A stretch of 64,000 bases of DNA from Octopus vulgaris (Eukaryota), in assembly GCA_951406725.2 (NCBI GenBank), contig OX597828.1, forward strand, positions 38,378,001 through 38,442,000, written 5' to 3'. The notes under the pieces were generated by a model. The model worked only from the letters and a program-made list of their open reading frames with translations, had not been told where the DNA came from and did not search any database. The translations under genes were made by a program, and so were the position numbers. Each line of letters starts with the position of its first letter. Position 1 is the stretch's first letter. This document shows, piece after piece, positions 58,901 to 64,000 of the stretch.

Positions 58901-60506
58901 AACTGTCTGTAGACAAATAGGAATAAAATTCCAAGGGCGAGGAAGATCCTCATGAGACGACGGACGAAGGTTGCAAATCGACTCAACCAACATCCCAAAA
59001 GTAACGAAAAGTCCCGCCTAAAAACAACACAGATGGAGATTGTGAGGGAGAGAGCAGACAAAGAAGCCTGGGTTATAAAAAACAAATAACATTAAGTCAA
59101 ACCCAAAGGCCTTTTTTCATTACGCGAAAGAAACAGCCTCAGTACGCTGCACGATAGGACCGCTCTTCCAAAAGGATGGCTCCCTCACAGACAGTCCAAC
59201 TATGATCAGTGTGGTACTGAATGACCAGTTCAAAAGTGTCTTTACCACCCCGTTGGAACATAGACAAGTGAACGAATCAGTGGACTTCTTTGCCGCCTCA
59301 CCTATAACCGACGAGGCAGTTACGATGGAATACATCGACATTAGCGAAGAAGATATACTACTAGCCATAGATGAAGTGGACACAAACTCATCTGCTGGTC
59401 CTGGTGGTTTCCCAGTAATCCTTCTCAAATCGTGTAAGCATACCCTGGCAAAACCCCTCCAGATTCTCTTACAGGGCTTTCTTGCAAATGGTAGACTGCC
59501 AAGCAAACTGAAGGAGGGAATAATATGCCCAATCCGTAAAGGGGGAAGCAGAGCAGATGCCAAAAACTATAGGCCTATTTCTCTAACTTCACACATCAGC
59601 AAAGTCATGGAACGGATAGTCAGAGGGAAACTAATTGGATTCCTTGAAGAAAATAATTTGCAGAGTGATACCCAGCATGGCTTATGACCAGGTAGGAGCT
59701 GCCTGACCCAGCTCTTACAACATTATGACTGGGTGTTGAGGCAATTACTCAACAACTCAAATGTGGACGTAATATACCTTGATTTTACAAAAGCTTTTGA
59801 CAAAGTGGATCATGGCATGATATGCCACAAACTGCGTGATCTCGGCATAGCTGGAAAACTTGGAGAGTGGTTACATGACTTTCTGAAATATAGAAGTCAG
59901 GCAGTTGTGGCTAATGGAGCCACCTCTATGAAAAGATAAATAGTGAGCGGTGTTCCACAGGGCACTGTCTTGGGACCACTGCTTTTTATAGTGGTCCCCT
60001 CAGATATGCCTGCAAATGCCCGGATAGCCACCCTTGCAAGCTACGCAGACGATACGAAAGTCTCGCAGAAAATACAGAACCCCAGTGATGTTGCACATCT
60101 GCAGCGGGAGTTGGACTCAATTTACAGATGGGCTGAGAATAATAATATGCAGTTTAATGCTGAAAAATTCCAAGCCCTGCACTGTCAGCGTCCAAAATTG
60201 AATATGAAACTTACAATCCCAAAGCCTAAAGCAATGAGGGATCTGGGTATCGACATGAGTGATGATACCTCTTTACCAGGATGCACATTACATACATCTG
60301 GAAGATCCTGGAAGGAACTGTGCCAAATTTTGGCATTGAAAGCTACACCAATGCCAGAACGAGACGACACTGCATAGTGCCAAAGATTCCAGCAACGTCA
60401 TCGCGCTTCAGGACCAGTTACTGTAACAGCCGGGGTGTCAGGGGCCCACAGCCTTTTAATATTTTCCCAAAGATTTTGAGGAACCTGCACAAAGTAGATG
60501 TAAGGC
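58900..60506 (+). mobile_element. CR1/L2-group LINE fragment with reverse transcriptase, defective
   Basis: SAGPGGF, NYRPISLTS, YLDFTKAFDKV, GVPQGTVLGPLLF, YADD; in-frame stops at ~59685 and ~59937 and internal deletions. Confidence 0.9.
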
Positions 60507-62849
60507 TGTGAGTTCAGTTCCAGCCGGTAACGCGTTGCGTCCTTGAGCAAGACACTTTATTTCACGTTGCTCCAGTCCACTCAGCTGGCAAAAATGAGTT
60601 GTACCTGTATTTCAAAGGGCCAGCCTTGTCACACTGAATCACTCTGAATCTCCCTGAGAACTACGTTAAGGGTACACGTGTCTGGGGAGTGCTCAGCCAC
60701 TTGCACGTTAATTTCACGAGCAAGCTGTTCCGTTGATCGTATTAGCTGGGAGCCTCGTAACCGACGGAGTACTCCTTCTTTTTATTTTGATATTTAATAT
60801 CTATTTGTTTTAAGGCTTTCACATTATAAACTAATTGGTATTCCTTTTACGTTTCCTTCATATAAATTTTTACACAAGATTCAACCTTCTTAATCCCCAT
60901 AAGATAATTTACCATATTCGTTGAAATATGTTACCAATGGAGATAAAAAAAAAACTATTTATATTGAAACTGGTGCAGACTCAATATTTCGGCTATTTTC
61001 CAGAAGACAATCCACAATGATTAATTGCCGCGATTTCAAGTATCGATCTTTCTTATCCTCTATTTATGTATTTGTCTTTATTACTTAGATAATATTTCAC
61101 ATGTTTATAATAGGAACTCCCACCACTTTCACGATCCGAACTGCTGTTCCGTTATTCTATGTTGACACATAATGAAATAAATTGCAGTAATTTTCCGATG
61201 CTTCAAGGACGTCCATATGCTTTTAACACAATCACAGACTCACACACTCATATATATACATGTTTACTCCTTCTCGAGCCACGCCTGGCTAATTAGAGCC
61301 GGTTTCCTTGGCGTATAGGTTCCCGACCTATATACCTTTCCTTAAGCCTTTCCTTACAACCATTAAATACAATAAAGTGTTCTTTTCATGACAAACACCA
61401 ATGTTCTTTATAACCAACACTTGTCTCTTTATATGCTTTTATTATGAAGGCGCATGGCTAATGGTTAAGGAATTCAGCTTGCGATCGCAAGGTCGTGATT
61501 TCGATACCCTGCGGCGCATTGCATCATTGGGGCAAAAATGGGTTTACTTGTATTTCAAAGAGGCCAGCCTTGTCACATTCTGTGTCACGCTGAATCTCCC
61601 TGAGAACTACCACGCGTGTCTGCGGAGTACTCAGCCACTTGCGCGTTGATTTCACGAGCAGGCTGCTCAACTCGTCGTCGTAACCGATGGAGTGTCAGGA
61701 TATGTTTTTATCGTTGTCATTGTCATCGTCGACATCGCCGTTGTTGTTGTTGTATAGCCCGAGGTCAGCCTTGTTTGGACCGCTATTTTAAGCAAAGGAT
61801 TCGTTCATGAGAGTCAATACGTTGCTGGTTGGTTTCTTGAAGAAAAGAAAGCTGAGACAATGTGACTTCCATCATCAGCCATTACATGATTAAACGGCCT
61901 TACGAAGACAATTCTTCAACAAACTGTTGATGTAAACAGAGAGCGGACAAAGGAAAATAAGAACGGACCACATCAAGGAATAGAGAGGCACATCATTATC
62001 AGGGACCTCGCTTCACCCCGAGTTGTGGCACAAGACTGCAACGGGTGGGGAAGACTGGAGTACAATATTCCACGGCGCCGCTCCTCCGATCCCATCAAGA
62101 GTTAAGAATAAGCAACAACAATACTATTATTTTTAAAACATCGGCCATGGGTTACAAATTAGGTTTTGGGAAAGTGGCACAGTTGATGAAATGGGATTTT
62201 ATTCTATGTTTGATTATTATTTCGAGAGTTTGAAGAATAAAAAATAAAGTTAACGACAAGGGGTTTGAACACCGACTGAAAAATCTAATAATACTGAAAC
62301 ATATACTTAGTTGTCTCCCCTACTTTCAAAAAAACATTAAAGTAATATTAATGATTTGACTCATATCGTTTTGGTGTTTTTTTCCCGTCGTGCAATGTTC
62401 CCTCTATGCTGTACGCTTGTGCACTCACATATTCTACAACTTGCGCACAAACGGGAAAAATTGTATACACACAAGATTTTCAAGATAAAATTGAATTTTT
62501 TAATCTAATAAATTAATCGAAAAATTTCATAATGAATTTTTAAATGACACATTTCAAATAGTATGAATTTATTTAGACAGTCAATATAGTATTTGAATGA
62601 TAGTTTTTCTCATGGATACGCAGATACTTTTACATAGAAATACAAAATTTGCACGCAAGCAAATTTGTGCACATATTCACAGCAAAAGAATTAGAAGGAA
62701 CTTTAGCCAAATGGCTATGTTAAGCAGAGCGAGGGACTAAGTTACTATCCAAATATGTACTTTTGGTCAAACTTAAATAGTGTAACAGAGCTAATTGCTT
62801 AAGGGGAAAAAAGGTGATGAGGAGGAGGGGGGAAAGAAGGGAAAGAGGA

Positions 62850-62882
<33 letters not shown>

Positions 62883-63644
62883 GGAGGATTTGGTTTATTT
62901 GCTACCGTCGCTTATGGAAGATATTACAAAAACAGCTTACAATTCGTGGAGGTGGAGTTACATAAAGAAAAATTGTGGAAAGAAGTGGAGAGGAGGGGGA
63001 AATAGGGTAAACGATAAACATAAGAGACAAAATATGTGAACACATGAATGATACAATCTTTTTGATGAAGGACGGCCTCCATCTAGGGGCAATCAAGAAA
63101 CCCTACAGATCCAGGATCAACCTGCCCACTAAGGGCACAAGCCCTAACCTTTCCGTTGTCCTTCATTCTGCAGGTACTGGTGCATGCTTAGAGTAGTTCC
63201 ATTCATCCTTACCATTTTTGCTACAGTCACCTTCCTTTTTGACAAATTCGCGGGCAAAGAACACTTTCCTCGCCGATCTCACTTTCCTTTCTAAGTGGAA
63301 CTTGGAAATGTCGATGAAGATTCGACAGAGCTCGGGTGTACAACTTGTTGGTAAAAGAATAAAAGATGGGACAGAAAGCAGCGGTAGGTCAAGTAAAGAA
63401 AAATAGAAATGAAAGTCTAAAGTACAAACAAAGTACACAGGGCAAAATACAGGATGACAGGAAAGTGAACAGTAAAAGAATCATTAAGAGAGAAGAATAC
63501 ATAAAAAGAGAAGATGGCGTCAGCAGTCATCATCGTGTATCATACGTTTTGCAATGACACAACAGCACAACTCTCCCATCGAATGACTCCAGAGTGTTAC
63601 TTCGTTCTGACTTTTTCATGGTGTTTTTCTTGACAGAAATATGA

Positions 63645-64000
63645 GGGCTGTTTGCCATTGCCTTGCCCAACTAGCTTAGTCGCTGACCCCTCGACCGTGG
63701 AACAAATAATACTGGGTTGTTTGCCATTGCCTTGCCCAACTGGATGGCTGCTGGCTCACAAGGAATCATCCACCCTTTGACACGTTTTGTTTTCAATCCT
63801 GTTGGGTATCCAGACAACCTCCTCAGAAGAATAGGTAGCTATTCCAGTGGGGCAGCCAGCTTAGTCGCTGACCCCTCGACCGTGGAACAAATAATACTGG
63901 GTTGTTTGCCATTGCCTTGCCCAACTGGATGGCTGCTGGCTCACAAGGAACTCATCCACCCTTTGGCGCGTCTTGCTCTCAATCCTGTTGGGTGTCCAGA
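63645..64000. repeat. Short tandem duplication (~185-bp unit)
   Basis: agcttagtcgctgacccctcgaccgtggaacaaataatactggg.. at 63673 and 63858. Confidence 0.85.

Noticed and set aside
63163-63438. 91-aa minus-strand ORF
   Set aside because: No splice context; at most a weak resemblance to an L1/Tx1 ORF2 C-terminus, not supportable

Overview
AT-rich, microsatellite-dense animal DNA whose SINE/LINE repertoire and gene content look like an octopus (cephalopod) genome; the taxon is inferred. The main gene is on the + strand (~10.1-52.7 kb) and encodes a myosin-motor-domain chitin synthase. I could splice 16 exon positions in frame with GT/AG boundaries, running from the end of a myosin head (SL..L...FVRCLKPN, QLRASGLTE..IRKDGYPIR, GKTKV) through the N-terminal TM region to the GT2 catalytic core (CATTWHET, DGD, EDR, QRRRW, SWGTRE). 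The 5' part of the motor domain lies upstream of the window. The gene has two anomalies: an identical tandem duplicate of the 136-nt DGD exon, and loss of the 3' end of the exon before EDR, which runs into a SINE and a stop. Introns and flanks hold mariner, MULE, pogo/hAT MITEs, CR1/L2-, RTE- and Dong/R4-like LINE fragments, Penelope fragments and many tRNA-derived SINEs. The most unusual non-coding signal is a set of ORF-less, 5'-inverted elements inserted in (TA)n tracts, two of which carry recognisable type I hammerhead ribozyme folds (Penelope pLTR/retrozyme-like). Most ORFs in the supplied track are microsatellite artefacts.
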